Below, piece by piece: positions 49,633-63,960 of a stretch of DNA of 64,000 nt. The notes beneath the pieces were generated by a model. That model was not told the origin of the DNA and ran no database searches. It worked only from the letters and a program-made list of their open reading frames with translations. Position numbers and translations under genes: made by a program. How positions within the stretch are numbered: the stretch's first letter is position 1; each line of letters begins with the position of its first letter. Origin of the DNA: Leucoraja ocellata (lineage: Eukaryota); contig JAWMAR010000033.1 of NCBI GenBank assembly GCA_036785375.1, positions 3,224,001-3,288,000 on the forward strand, read 5' to 3'.

Positions 49633-49948
49633 AGTGGCGCAGTGGTCGGGTTGGTGCCTTACAGCGCTTCCAGCGCCGGAGACCTGGATTCGAGCGGGTG
49701 CTGCCTGTATGGATTTTGTATGTTCTCCCCGTGACCGTGTGGGTTATCTCTGAGATCTTTGGTTTCCTGCCACACTCCAAAGATGTACATGTTTGTAGGT
49801 TACTTGGCTTGGGTTTGTATACTTGGTAGAAGTGTAAATTGGCCGTAGTGTGTGTAGGATTGTATTAATGTGCGGGAATGGCTAGTCGATGCATACTCGG
49901 TGAGCTGAAGGGCCTGTTACCGCGCTGCATCTCTAAACTAAACTAAAC
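49633..49948 (+). mobile_element. V-SINE (HE1-like)
   Basis: A-box GTGGCGCAGTGG, B-box-like GGATTCGAG, V-domain TTCTCCCCGTGACCGTGTGGGTT...CCACACTCCAAAGATGT, and a CR1-type tail ending (CTAAA)3. Confidence 0.9.
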
Positions 49949-50964
49949 CTCGAGAAAGAAAATGATCAAATAAGTGAGACTGACATTCTCGAAGGAAAAT
50001 CAATCTTTTCAAGTGACCCTGAAGCAGTGACTTTCTGTGAACACATGTTTAATTGGGCAGGGAGGTTTGGAGGCTTTCTCCGAAAAGGATAAGTCGCTCA
50101 GTAAAATGGATGAATTGTAACACCTTTCTGTCTGAGGTACACAACAATACTTAAACTAGTTAACTTTTAATGACAGAACTGCAGCTCTGGAAATATACCA
50201 AAAGATTCAATTACAGTCTCCAATTAGAGTAAATTCGAACTTCTCCGATCTATCCCCAGTGACCAAGGTTTTCATCCACTCACTTGACTAATATGGTATC
50301 TTTCCATAGATTGGCTGAATTAATCATTTGAGAAATTAACTTTCTTCGAGTAATTTGACACACTTATTTTCCATATTCCAGGTTGCTTGAATTAATAATG
50401 TTTTTCTCCATAGGGAAATGGTGAGAGATTTTGCTAATTTCTAAAATTTGGACATTGGTTGCTAGAAATGTATAGTTATTATGTAAAGTTTGTAGATGAT
50501 CATAACATTCATCTCAGAATTGAACTTACATATTTTAAAATAGCACATTGTCTAATTAATAAGTTTAGATGGGGAAAAAAATAACATTACTTCTTTTACG
50601 CACATCTTTTCACTTAACATTGTTGTTCCTGTTTCATATCTCTTTATATTTATACACAATAAAATGGGAAATGCTGTCTGAAGCTGAGAATGATCAATAT
50701 AGTCCAAGAAAATGCGAGGTTGGATGAGATAATGAAGATCTCACAGCACAGATTATTGAGAATAGGTAATATGTGAACCAGGAAAAACTTTACCTTGCTG
50801 AAGAAGTGTTAAATATGATGATTTGAAACACCTTAGAATTCCTGCATGATGACTTTAACATTATATTTACAGAAAACTTTCCCCCAGTTCCTTTAGGCAT
50901 GCAAATTTGAAGCAGATTTGGTTTTCCTGCAAAGATTGTTTTGTAAATAATTTTCTTTAGCTTT

Positions 50965-51301
50965 AGAGTCGTGGTCGTATTCCCTTTGAGAATAGGGAAG
51001 ATTCAAACAAGAGGACATGACCTCAGAATTAAGGGACAGAAGTTTAGGGGTAATATGAGGGGGAACTTCTTTACTCAGAGAATGGTAGCGGTGTGGAATG
51101 AGCTTCCAGTGGAAGTGGTGGAGACAGGTTCATTGGTATCATTTAAAAATAAATTGGATAGGCATATGGATGAGAAGGGAATGGAGGGTTATGGTATGAG
51201 TGCAGGCAGGTGGGACTAAGGGGAAAAAAAATTTGTTCGGCACGGACTTGTAGGGCCGAGATGGCCTGTTTCCGTGCTGTAATTGTTATATGGTTATATG
51301 G
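50965..51301 (+). mobile_element. CR1 LINE 3' end
   Basis: TRGHDLRIKGQKFRGNMRGNFFTQRMVAVWNELPVEVVE...FKNKLDRHM, followed by a (TTATATGG)2 tail. Confidence 0.92.
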
Positions 51302-51517
51302 ATATTAAATCAAAGAAGCAAAGTACATCATGTGAGACTAATTACGAGTTCTCAAAATTATATTTGCCTATCCATTCAAAGGAAACTGCTTGACATCAGT
51401 AGACTGAAAATGCTGGAAAGAATGAAAATGTTGTACATTTAATAAAGTAATTGGGTAGAGTCAACATGTATTTGTGAAAGAGAAATCATCCCCTGCTAAT
51501 CTGTTGGAGTTCTAGGA

Positions 51518-51640
51518 GATAGAGAGCCAGAGAGAGAGAGATAGAGATCATAAAATATAGATAGATAGATCATAGAAGATAAATAGATAGATCAGAGGAT
51601 AGATAGATAGATCAGAGAAGATAGATAGATTATAGATAGA
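51518..51640 (+). repeat. Degenerate (GATA/GA)n microsatellite inside an old CR1 RT fragment (about 51400-51870)
   Basis: Visible simple repeat. The flanks translate to CR1-like VDVVSFFFNAFNRILYRFLVNKVRGHGI. Confidence 0.75.
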
Positions 51641-54124
51641 CAACATTCAGTGGATGTAGTGTCTTTTTTTTTTAATGCTTTCAATAGGATCCTATACAGA
51701 TTTTTGGTGAACAAAGTTAGAGGACATGGAATTAGGGACGATACAATAGTGTGGAATAAGAGTTGTTTAACAGATAGAAATGAAAACATAAGAATAAATG
51801 GACCCTCTCAGGTTGGCAGGCTGTCCCTGTGTAGTATTACAGGGATTGATTGGTAACCAACTTCCGGAAGGATATTCTTCTGGCTAAATATCTAGAAGTT
51901 AGATTCCCAAAATGAGGGGTGGGCTGAAATAAGTTATAGAGCCATAGAGCACTGACCAGATTATTTAGTCTGGGTCATTTAGTTTGCTCCTATCATTAAA
52001 CAAGCAATTACACTGATCCAATTTTAATCTCATTTGATTCGCCCCACATTCATTGAAAATTTCCCCATATTCTAGCAGACACCATTTTGGTGAATCTTCT
52101 TTGGCCAACTTACCATCTTATGTACATCCTACAGTAGCCTTAATTAACCTTCCCCACTATCTACAACATCACCATATTTTGTGTCATTCAGAAACTTATA
52201 TCTTCAATGTTCACATCCAAGTCTGAAACAACAATCAGAAAAGCATTAATCCGCTACCATTGCCCTTTGCCTCCTATCCAATTAGTCAGCACACCTTGCT
52301 TTAAGCTTCTGGACTCAATTACCATGTGAGACCTTGTCAAATGCTTTACTAAAATCCAAAGAGACATTATCCATGTACTCATTATCTTCCATGTACTTTT
52401 CCTTGCTGAATACAGATGAGAAGTTTTCATTTGGAACATTGCTTGTAAAATTAATGTCCTTTCATTTTTCATAGGTTGTGAAGAACACTAGAAAATTTAA
52501 ATTCCTTTTGCATATATTTTTTAATGTACCTCATTGTGGAGTCAAGATTGTATTTTGTTGATTCCCTCACCATCCCAGATATCTTTGAAGCTCTTTGAGT
52601 CGTAGGCAACATTTTGATCCTTTCTTTGTTACTAACTGGTAGGTGGTAAATACAGCTTTCCAAGCCTTAATAAGATGAGTAGATCAGTTTACGAAGGTCC
52701 TGTCAGTGACTTTGAAAGAGATGTACATGATGCGGAGCACTGGGATTTCATTATGACTTGAGTACAGTCCAATTATTTTGTTTAATGAGTCCAATCTTGC
52801 TCCTTTTACAAGTCCATTTGTTTTTCCTTCATTTATTGGTACCAGATATAATGTGTTCAGTGAAGAACATATTTTCTGGTGGTTTTGCAGCGTGATCGAA
52901 TTGCCTGCTACTTGCCTTGTATCAAAATATTTTACTTCAAGTAACTTGGCAGACAGTTTGTTAATTGCTTTTCACTGTTAAAGAACATTGCACAATGATA
53001 CAAAACATAATTTCATGAAATGTTCTTCGAGCATCTCCATCATAATCTGCTGTTCTGATAATACCAAAATGACCTTTTGAAATACTTAAACTGAACAGAA
53101 TAAACTGTTCTAGTAATAATTTTAAGTGTAAGAGTCTACTTGGAAACCAAACCATGCTGGAAGAGACCTGGATATATTTGGAATTCAATGGCACAGCTTA
53201 GGGGCCTCCTTGTTGCACTGCCACTCTACTTTATGTCCATGTGTTATTTTAGATGACTTCTATTCCTGAAAACAAATCAATGATTCTCAATTATGTCATT
53301 TTTTTGGAAAATCCAGACATAATTATAAGACTTCAAATTAATTGATGTGTAAATTTGCTTCCTTTCAGTTCATTTGAAGTTCAGTGCAATATATTCATGT
53401 TGTAAGTACATTAAGGAGTTAGGAGTAATGTGCAATCAAATCACAAATAATTAAATAATGAGCAAATTAGCTAATGTCATTATTATTATTTGAGCTGTAT
53501 TTTGTTGAAAAACCCCATCAAAATTAACACTATGCATAAGAGCCAATACTGCATCTCTCAGCAATTTATTTTTTCATCCTAGAGTATTAACCATATATAT
53601 TAGATTTTAATACATCTCATAATGTGAACCAGGTGAAAGAAAGTTTTGGACCTAGTTTTATTCAAATGTTGTGACCGGTGCCTTAATCAAAACAAAGCAT
53701 GGTCCAAAAAAGTACAATTTTAACAAATTAGATTGCATATCAGTCCTTGTGATTGATGGTGATATATCTAAGAGCTACCCTACTCTTTCTGACTGCACTG
53801 ATTCCTCTAATTCAAGTCTTCACTTCAAGGGGCACACCTTTGTTTAGTCGTTGGAAAAATACACGTTTATTCACTTCCACTTAAATATGGGATTATTGAG
53901 TGTTATTCCCAATGATGTTAGTAAAGACCCGAGTGGCTTGTGCGCATTCAACTTCACTTGACACTCATAGAAAATGAAGTTATGGTATGTTTACAAATCT
54001 TGCCTCACTTGCCATGAGAATCATCATATTGGGATTTATGAACACAATTAACATTGATTAACACCGGTTGGAGGTGCCGTTGAGTATGGCTGCCCCGCCT
54101 GCAGCTGTTCGTCCTTTCATCCTC

Positions 54125-54467
54125 AGTTGGTCAGCAGCGACTGGAGGAGATGGTCACAGTCGCCGGAGGGCATAGCCATAGCAGCAGCCACCGGAGGACG
54201 CGGCCCGCAGTGAGGGGAGGGAGGGATTGGGGGAGGAGAGGGGGAAAAAAGAGGGAGGATCAAGAGGGGCAGGGAGTGCTGGGAGTGAGAGGAAATGAGC
54301 CGCACCTGCGCAGTTGAGGGCTATGGCTGAGTTGTGGAATATTGCATTGGGGAAATGGGTTGCCTTGGGGGGACGGGTGAGTGGTGGAATTCTGCTTTGG
54401 GGAACGGGTTGCGTTGAGGGACCAGGCCTCCCGTGTGATAGGGACCCAACGGGTCCCACAGTCTCGT
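54125..54467 (+). mobile_element. Helitron-like 3' portion
   Basis: Ends with hairpin GGGACCCAACGGGTCCC (54441-54457) and ...GTCTCG|T. It is preceded at about 54068-54122 by a head fragment of the LINE-tailed retroposon family. Confidence 0.7.
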
Positions 54468-56249
54468 AAGTTTTAATATGATGATCCCCAATGGCATCCA
54501 TCATCTTTATTATGACAGGTAAGGAAGATTGGTAAGGCAAGATTGTGAATATAATTTCATATTCTCTATATGCCAAGTAAAATTGTTCCCACTGACCAGT
54601 AGTTTGCTAGAATAATAATTATGCTTAAGGAACTTAAGAGATAAGCCAATTTAATCATAACATTACATTTCACTTTTCTTCATGCTTTTAAAGTCAACTT
54701 TAAAACATAATGTTGCAACATTGGCAATTTTTAAGAATGCTGTGACATGTCTCTTAATTTTTAACAGTTATTTAAGTGTGATTACGGTACTCTTTCTTTG
54801 AAGGTCACTCTGCAATAGCAAGCCAGGAGCAGTATGCACAATTCAGTAATGGCTTAATTTTTGAATAAATGAATTTGACCTAGAATTATTGGAAAGGACC
54901 ATTTGAAAGGGATAATGCAGCTTTATCCAAAACCATTTTGAATCCAGATGGAGCCCAGTCACTAAAATTGGGTTTATTAACTGAGGCATGTTCAGTATTT
55001 GTTGTTCCCATGGAGACCATTTGCAGAATAAGGTCTTGTCATCTAATCCTATTAGAAGTAGTTTTTTTTAGGCTTTGGGGACAATTTGGTAAATTTGTGC
55101 TTAATTGGATGTGTCCACCATAATTAATGTTTTAGCAGAGAATAAATTATTAGCTGGGAAGTAATATGCTCCAGAATTAAATGTTATATTATATTGTGCT
55201 GTACTATGCAATTAACTAGGAAAGATATTGAATTCTGCAAGAAAGAAAGTAACAATAAGAACTTTAAGTTGCACAGTACTTTTGGAAGATGAGTTAAAAC
55301 TTACTTAATAAAATTAATACATATATTTTCATTTTGTTTCTTTGCAGTCTTCTCATTTTCCAAAGTTTGAGCTGACATAGAAAGATAAAATATGCCTGTG
55401 CTTCATTTGCACTTTAATTATTTCTATCAATGCACCATTTTGCATGAAAACAAGTTTATAAGATGCTTCTAGATTGCTTTCCTGTAGAAATATTTAAATA
55501 CAGCCAAATGCCTTCCAAAGATTGTGACCTTGTCAATCCCATTTGAAAAAAAACACCATTTTAATGAAAACATTATTTTCTATATTGCCTAAAAAAATAG
55601 ATTGGTAATCAGGAGCAGATTCTTCTGTGACCATTTGGGCATAGGACCATAAGGATGACCAGCTCCTCCAATAAAGTGAGACCCATGCCATTAAAAAGGT
55701 TATATAAAGTGATGAGAGGAACTTATTTTTGTTGTTAATGTTTTGCGAGTGACCCTATTGATCGGATTAAACAGTAGGTACAAATAAGTGTTGGCTTCAA
55801 GAGATATGTTTTTTCCCCACAAATTCTGTTGGCAATAATATTTGAAGCTGGTCAGTTGGGAGTGACTACTCGCGTTACATCTTAGCTGGGTGACTAATGC
55901 TGTTGACGAGCAAGCTTGTGTTTCTCAGAGAGTAGGAAAATTTTATCCAGCATTAGCTACATCAAGTAATGATCCTGGTATGGCAACACATAATCAAACA
56001 GATAGAATTGATTGTAGAGGTGTACGATGGATTCTGTGTGAGATAAATGATCTTTCATCAAAAGTGGCCAATTTTGGCACAAACAGGAACAGCTGGTTAT
56101 CTGAAATAGTTGAATTTAATATTAAGACCCGAAGACTGCAATGTGCATCCTAGAGTTAGTGCTGAGCTTTGTTTGAACACTGGAAATGTGAATATGCAGG
56201 GATGGGGGTGCTTTGGGAATGGAAGGTGACTGTGGAGACTTGGCTTCAC

Positions 56250-56680
56250 TGGTGTTGACATCCCAGGGTGGAGACCCAATTCCTGGAAATCATGTGACCC
56301 ATTTGCGCCACCAAGTCTGGACCCCTGAAGAAGTTTCTGTTTTGTTTCTCTGTAATGTCAACTGTTATGTATCTGTGATTGGGCTAAAAGGTTGCCTCCC
56401 ACTGTATTTTCCCGCCACTATCTGTGATTGGTCTGAAGGGGTTGCCTCCCTCTGTACTTTCCCGCCGCTAATTTCCCGCCACTGTATATCTGTATAAAGG
56501 GGTGATCGGTTCGTTGGCGCGTGTCAAATTTATTTCCGTTCTGTCTGCGCCAGGCTACTGCGGGCTCGAGTGAGTGGATCAGAAATCGGCCATACAGTGG
56601 ATAAAGGGACAGCAATTAAGCTAGTAGATTAAAAGAAACCTCCGTGAATCACATAAAGGGCACTGGGCTGGGACACTTGG
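56250..56680 (+). mobile_element. Solo-LTR-like promoter cassette (boundaries uncertain)
   Basis: CpG-rich segment with a duplicated 49-50-bp unit (ATTGG + TTTCCCGCC), TATAAA at 56493-56498, and a downstream ATTAAA at about 56628, in U3-R-U5-like order. No clear target duplication was found. Confidence 0.5.
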
Positions 56681-56934
56681 GGAAATTATCTTTAAATTGA
56701 ACTAATGCGAAGAAAGCAACATAATTAGAGAGCACTCCTGAACTACTATCTACCTCATTGGAGACCCCCGTACTTTCTTTGAACCATTTGGACAAATTTC
56801 TCCCTGGATATTTCTACACATGGATTGCAGAGAGATTGATGTGATTACATGCTGTGTGACCTGGAAAACATACTATCAATGCAAAATAGACACAAAATGA
56901 TGGAGTAATAGTGAGTCAGGCAGCATACAGAAAC

Positions 56935-57292
56935 ATCATTATTAAGGGATTGGACACGCTAGATGCAGGAAACATGTTTCCGATGTTGGGGGAGTCCAGA
57001 ACCAGGGGTCACAGTTTAAGAATAAGGGGTGGGCCATTTAGAACTGAGATGAGAAAATCTTTTTCACAGATAGAGTTGTGAATTTGTGGAATTCTCTGCT
57101 TCAGAAGACAATGGAGGCCGATTCACTGGATGCATTCAAAAGAGTTAGATAGGGCTCTTAGGGCTAGCGGAATCAAGGGTTCTGGGGAGAAGGCAGGCAC
57201 AGGGTATTGATTGTGGATGATCAGCCACGATCACATTGAATGGGTGTTGGCTCGAAGGACCGAATGACCTACTCCTGCACCTATTGTCTATG
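56935..57292 (+). mobile_element. CR1 LINE 3' end inserted in a Penelope terminal fragment
   Basis: Homologous to 29475-29835. PLE terminus sequence lies on both sides (about 56883-56926 and 57293-57312). Confidence 0.88.
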
Positions 57293-59141
57293 TATCTCTG
57301 GAGAAAAGGAACGCAAGTATGATTTATGATCAGATATGCTTGATTGAATTTTATGAATGGTAGGAATCAATGTGGAAACATTGTAAACTTTCCTAATGTT
57401 CATCAAGTATTTCTTCATACCTGCTGCTCTGGGAAATAACATACATGTTTTTGTTTGAATATTATTTAGGTTCTTATCATAAGGAAGCTTTGCTTGATTT
57501 CCTCTCTGCAGATGATAATTTCAAAAACATTTAGTTGTAAAGGAGATTTGAGTAAATTTTTAAAAAAGCAAACTACTCTGCCAGAACCGTAGGCGAGCCA
57601 AGTTAATTTTTAAAAACTTCGTAGTTTCCAAAACTGATTTTAAAAAAATGCTCTGTTTATTCATTATATAAACATGTATAAATATTTAGCAGAAGATTAT
57701 TTGGAAAATCCAACACAAAACTGGATAAAGTTAAAAGTTGTGATTTTGAGTTAAGTGAATCTCTTTTTAAAATAAAATCAACCATTCCTCCCCCGAAAGA
57801 ATTATTTCTGCAGTGCAATGCTCCAGAGCCACCACTTCTCCAAAATAGCTTTAGCCTCTGTGGCTGAAAACTTAAATTGTAATATCTAATTTAAGGGAGC
57901 TATTCCCATCTTTCCAAACAGATTTCTGTAGCTGAGGTCAGGAACTCAACTGACAATTTCAGCAAAGACCTTGTGTTTGCATGGGAAAAAAAATAGATTT
58001 TCTCTTTTGAAAAAGTTGCAGTCCGTTTTTCCACCAAAACTATGAATCTTACAACTCAGAAATTCCGTTTTTTTCCACTTCGTTATTTTTTTTCTGTTGA
58101 AAGCATTGGGTCCTGATCTCTGAGTTAAATACTGTGAGGCTTGTATGAAGTTAATAGATCAGTCTATTAGTTGGCCTGACTCAATAAAGGAAGCAGGATT
58201 ATAACAGATTTCAAAAAAGATTCAAACTCTGAAGGATTACTTTAAATTAGAAGGGACAGTCGATATTAAAAACAGGTGCTGAAAGTTAGAATGGGATGTA
58301 GACAGATGAATGAATCGTATAACAGTGGCAAATGGGGTTAAAAAGTAGTTTGTGATAGTTAACTTTGGACCAAATGAGAAATTCCATTACTTTTGAAAAT
58401 TGAGAATTTAGGGAAAGAAAGAGAATTGGAACATTGAAATGGATATTAAAAAACAGAAAAAAACTCTAAGATATTGGCCATAAATCTAAGAAAATTAGGA
58501 TGCAATCGTGGTCAAGTAAAAGTTCAGTCTCTCAAGCTTTGTTATACCCTGCCTGCAACACTAGGTTAAATTTAGGTTCCACACACCAGGGGAAGAGGCA
58601 CTGAAAGGACTAGATTCATCATTATCATACCTGGTCTTGGGGAGTTAAACTTCACGGACAAGTGCATACACCTTGTTTCCATTGTCATTCTGGGAAACAT
58701 TTGTTTGGTAATTGAAGCATTTACAATGTTAAAAAATGTTCATTAGGAGTATACATTTATTTCCTTTGGTAAGAAAATTAAATAAAGGGAATCTATATTA
58801 GAACTAACCATTTTGAAGTGAAATCTGGAAATGCTTACTCCCACAATAGCTATAAAAATACTTAACTTGATTTCCCAAACAACTGTAGACTATGGAATAT
58901 TTCATGTCGAAGTGAATGATATTCATAGATATCTGTTAGCTGTTTCAGGAAATATTAATGCAAGAGTGAAGGAGGTATGGCATAAATGGCTATGATTCGG
59001 TGCAACTGTATACAATGGACTGAATGGCATTCGTCTTAATCTTATATCTATTTACCTTGTAAAGTAGTTATTCTGTAGAACAATGTTTTAGCTGCAATCA
59101 TGCCAATTAATTATTGAGAAAACCACATTATTATATGTTTG

Positions 59142-59382
59142 GGAAGGATCTACAGATGCTTGTTCAGGCCGAAGATGCACACAAAATAACTTAGCAGGTC
59201 AGGCAACATCTCTGGAGGAAAGGAATAGGTCACATTATTTTGTCGAGACCCTTCTTCAGACTACCTGTAATCCCGGTTGGGTCCGAATTGTGAGGTTCTT
59301 GACTCGAAACATCACTTATTCCTTTTCTCCAGAGATTCTGCCTAACCTACTGAGTTACTCCAGCACTTTGTGTCTATCTTTG
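59142..59382. mobile_element. Penelope terminal repeats in inverted arrangement
   Basis: Opposed arms with a 12-bp flanking duplication ATTATATGTTTG (59130-59141 and 59383-59394). Confidence 0.82.
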
Positions 59383-59789
59383 ATTATATGTTTGAATTGC
59401 TGTTGCAAAAAACTGCAGAATATGCTATTGTGTTCAGACGCTTTGCTTAATTGTAACTCTTGTCATTTTTCTTAATATCAATGATAATTGGTACACTTTA
59501 GTTGCTCTCCATATGTCTATACGATGGATGACTGGGTGTGAATCACCAGGCTTTCCTCAAACATCCCAGCTGAGCTTATATAAATAGTATCTATCATGTG
59601 ACCTCCTTTGATCTACCATAAATAGTTATATTATGGTAATATAATTATTAACAAATCACAGATCACCTTTACTTGGATGTTATTATCAATGCTGGGGTTA
59701 TGCCTGCCTGGTTTCATAATGGGAATTCCAACAGCTATAGTGCTGGCCTATCTCATGATGGAGGATGTGCATGCAGATTGCATTGGCTA

Positions 59790-59925
59790 TAGGAATCAAG
59801 GGATATGGGGAAAAAGCAGGAATGGGGTACTGATTTTAGATGATCAGCCATGATCTTATTGAATGGCGGTGCTGGCTCGAAGGGCTGAATGGCCTACTCC
59901 TGCAGCTATTTCTCTCTGTTTCTAT
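59790..59925 (+). mobile_element. Short CR1 3' tail
   Basis: GATGATCAGCCATGATCTTATTGAATGGCGGTGCTGGCTCGAAGGGCTGAATGGCCTACTCCTGC, as in the other CR1 ends. Confidence 0.85.
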
Positions 59926-62900
59926 GAGAGATTTCATACACATTTGAAATTGAAAATCAATTAGTTAGATAGAGGAAAGCGTGGTTTGCTTGTGGTTCGT
60001 GGAGAGAATGAGTTTGATAAGCCCATCAACATGGGCTTTATTGGTATTTTAAAATCTGATGATAAATCGCTCTCGGTTAAAACACAAATATTATGTTTAT
60101 GTCAATAGAGTTCTAATGAAGTTTTTGATCAATTTTTCTTCAGGCAGGAATGATGTGTAACATGTTTAATTTTACAATTAGATTATTACTGAGATTAAAA
60201 TTTTGTGTACAAGGATACTTCCAAAAATTCAAACTGAAAATGATTAATCTTTACTTAATTAGAGATAGTACAGAAATAATTTCTCAGTCTTGTGCAGTCC
60301 TGTTAGCAAAAGAGCTAAACTAAATGTTTGAAGTCAAATGATCAACCCATCATATGGTTTAACAGATTGCAGACAGTCAGTTATTAGTACTGTGAAGTTT
60401 TACTAACACAATATTTTGTGCCTACACTGTTTTACTTCATACAGCACAATTCCATACTGGTTAAATATTTCGTGTTTTCTCACTGCCAGGAGGAGATTCT
60501 TACTCTCAATTGATAAGAGTTTTTTTTTAATTGAATTGTATTATCTGCCTTTGTTGTTGTAGCTTGGAAGCATTCCTATGGTTGGTACAAGATTTTACGT
60601 GAAGCAAACAAAAATAAGTGCCTTATCTTTCAGTTTGTATTTCACATTTGAAAAAAAAATGGTCTACTCCTGCACCTATTTTCTATGCTTCTATGTTTCT
60701 ATATTTAAATTCTTGTTCACATGCAAGTACGTCCACTGCTATCAAGTAAAACAATATTTCTGGAGAGTATGAGGTCCAGGAGTGAGCTTAATTTCCTCGA
60801 AGCATAAGGACTGACCTAATAGAGGTATATAAAAAGCATAAGGAGTGAGGGGCAGAGATAAGGTGAATTGTCACTATCTTTAGGGATATGGGGAAAATAA
60901 AGGCAAATGGGACTATCTCAGGCAGGTAACTTGATCTGCACGGGTGAATTGAATGGAAGGGCTTGTCTCTGTGCTGTATAACTCTATGACTACTATGTAA
61001 ATAACTTACAAATTATGAAGACAGCTATTCATAAGTAGGATAAAATGTACACCGTTTGGAAGACGTGGCCAGTTGTTTTCATCCTTTCATAGCACGTACA
61101 GTTACAGGCTAATTAACAGCTTACAAAGCTGCATAAGGAAGCACAAGTTTCCAAGCAGCAGTCATCTTTATGTTCCTGACATGGTGGTTGGTTGTCAATA
61201 GCAGGAGGGTGTTTTTGGTTCCTTTGAGATGCATGTTCATTCGATGTCAAATAAAAACTCAGAACTTTCATTCACCTAGACTGGAGCTGGGTTTCAAATT
61301 GTCACATTAACTGGTGTCACGTTTTTGAGGCTAGTACATTGGAAACATCTTTGAAGCAGTGCGCCTTCAAATTTAAAGCTAAAGGCATTGTAAAAGTTGC
61401 TTTCTGAATTATACAATTCCCTTGGAAAAGCCCTCCATTGTTTACACCAGTCTTAATTCCAATGATTCACCAGCACTCTGGACAAAGTATCGAGTAGTTG
61501 ATTTGAGCTGCTTGCCTGCAATGTTAGTTTTGGGTTGACACAAACTTTCTAAACTTCCCTTAAACAGAGTGGAGACATACAGTTTGCTCAGTATCTCATT
61601 GATAAACACAGTGGATTGCTTGATGCTAAATCGGAATAATGGTCAAATCGACAGTATTGATCCCCTGTTATAAAGAAAACAAGATCTTCATTTTGTCACT
61701 AATGACATTAACTTGTAGAAACTTCCATTTTAATTTGCTCTTATTGAAAATAGTGAACAAAAATGTTGTTTTGTTTGGAATGCAGTGTGCTGACTAATTT
61801 ATGGTGTAATTTTATGGTTACAAAGAGTGACCTTGGGACAAGAAAACTGTAGTAAAAGAAAACGATGTTATTAAATGCCAGTCAAACTCCTGAATGGCTG
61901 TTAGCCAAGTGTAATTATTTTTGAATATTAACTAATACTGGCATACTTATGGGCATATGCCATCTATCGCTACAAAAAATTGGCTGAATGTTCCCCACTG
62001 CTTGATGCGTTTTCAACAATTTTCTTTCAGTCAAATCAATGTCTCACTCAACAGCCTTGAAAAGGAAGAAAACACATTCTTTTCTTGGCACATACAGTTG
62101 GGGAGCGAATAAGGGAAGGAAAAGGTTGACGTGATTGAGGATGCCTTTCGAAGATCAGAACCATGAGAAACATGGCTAAGAGAATCAGAAAAATGAAGAA
62201 ATGCATTGATGTTATATGTACAGTTGATACAGTCTTTTCACCTTGATGTATTGCCATATGTAAGATAGGCATTTTATCATTGAGTGGAGGGAAGATAAAG
62301 CTGACAAGATCCAACTTGAAATATAAATTCTCTGACTGTTCATGGAATGTGATTTTAACTCCACTTTTTATTATTTTGATTTGACTCATCACTGAATTTT
62401 GATGTGGGCAAAATTTTGGTTCAACACAAATGGATGTAACGAGTCTTTATGTTTTTGATTGTCTCAGTTTAAAACAATACACAAAAATAAAAATGGTTTA
62501 TAATTTAAAAGAAATGATAGTAGGAGAAAATATGCCACTCGTATCTTGGTAACCAAAATAAAATTTAAATGTCCTTAATTGCAATAATTCATCTTCCTTT
62601 GAACAGGGTTGGTAACGAGCATTGCACTGTTAATTTAAACCATTACATTTCTGAATCTGGAGTTGGCAAACACTACATATATCTCCATCTTCTTGGATAT
62701 TCAAAGTGATTTTTCTTTTGGACGAGCTGATGGAAAGCAAGTTGTTGATCAAGAAGGCATACACATTCTTATGGGATATGGTGATGAGCTTATTATTGAT
62801 TAGAATCACTACAAAGAAACATTCCTGGTGGTATTGCAATGTAAAAATATTCATTTGTTTTCATATTGGCTGACTGACTATGGGATTTACTCATTTAAAA

Positions 62901-63064
62901 ATGCACTTGTTAGCTTCATAATATTAAGCCTCCATCTTTGGTAACTCATCCTATCGTGTTAGCTTTACAGTTTGAGACATGATTACAACTTAGTAATTGT
63001 TGGTACTGTTTGTTACAGAGCAGTTTGTTTTCATATATTTTCCCAATTATATATTTTTGAATAG

Positions 63065-63178
<114 letters not shown>

Positions 63179-63305
63179 TGAGGAGGGTGCTTTGAATTAA
63201 TTTCATTATTCCCTGGCAAATTTGATTTTATTCTTTTTTGATGTTTACAGCTAACTTGCTTGATTTTGTAGCTAAACTTCTAAATAGTAATTTTACATTC
63301 TAATC

Positions 63306-63960
63306 CTAGTGGCACAGGTAGTAGAGCAGCTGCCTCCGTTCCAGCGATTTGGGTTAAATCCTGACCTCTGGTGCTGTCTAGTGGTGTTTCCATTGAGGAC
63401 ATAGTTAGATCCTGACCTCAGGTGATGTCTGTATGGAGTTTGTACATAGAAACCTAGAGAAACATAGAAAATAGGTGCAGGAGGAGGCAATTCGGCCTTT
63501 TGAGCCATTCATTGTGATCATGGCTGATCGTCCCCTACCAATAACCTGTGCCTGCATTCTCCCCATATCCCTTCATTCAACTAGCCTCTATCTAACTCTC
63601 TCTTAAATCTACATTCTCCCTGCGACAGTGTGGGTTGTTTCTGTCTGCACTACTTTCCCCCCACACTCCAAAGATGTGCAGGTTTGTAGGTTAATTGGCT
63701 TCTGTAAATTGTAGATTGTTTGTATTATGTAGGATAGTGCTGATGTATGGGGTGATTGCTGGTTAGAGTTGACTCAGTGTGGAAAATGCCCTTCGGCCCA
63801 CCATCTCAAATCTAAAGTTCAAAGAGGAACGGGGAAGAGGAATCTATGATTGCATGAGTTCCTTCTGGGTGCTCTGGTTTTCTCCCGCATCCCAAAAACA
63901 TGCAGGTTTGTAAATAACTGGCCATTCCAAATTGCCATGGTGTACAGATAAATGGCAGGA
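63306..63960 (+). mobile_element. V-SINE interrupted by an antisense CR1 tail (63448-63609), followed by a second SINE fragment
   Basis: The head and V-domain are split at GTTTG-TACAT...TACAT-TCTCCC (duplication at 63443-63447 and 63610-63614). Confidence 0.8.

Noticed and set aside
62048-62206. 52-aa minus-strand ORF resembling a peptide precursor (hydrophobic leader, KKR, MCFLPFQGC)
   Set aside because: The hydrophobic run comes from an A/G-rich opposite strand. It matches no peptide family I recognise and has no promoter or splice support.
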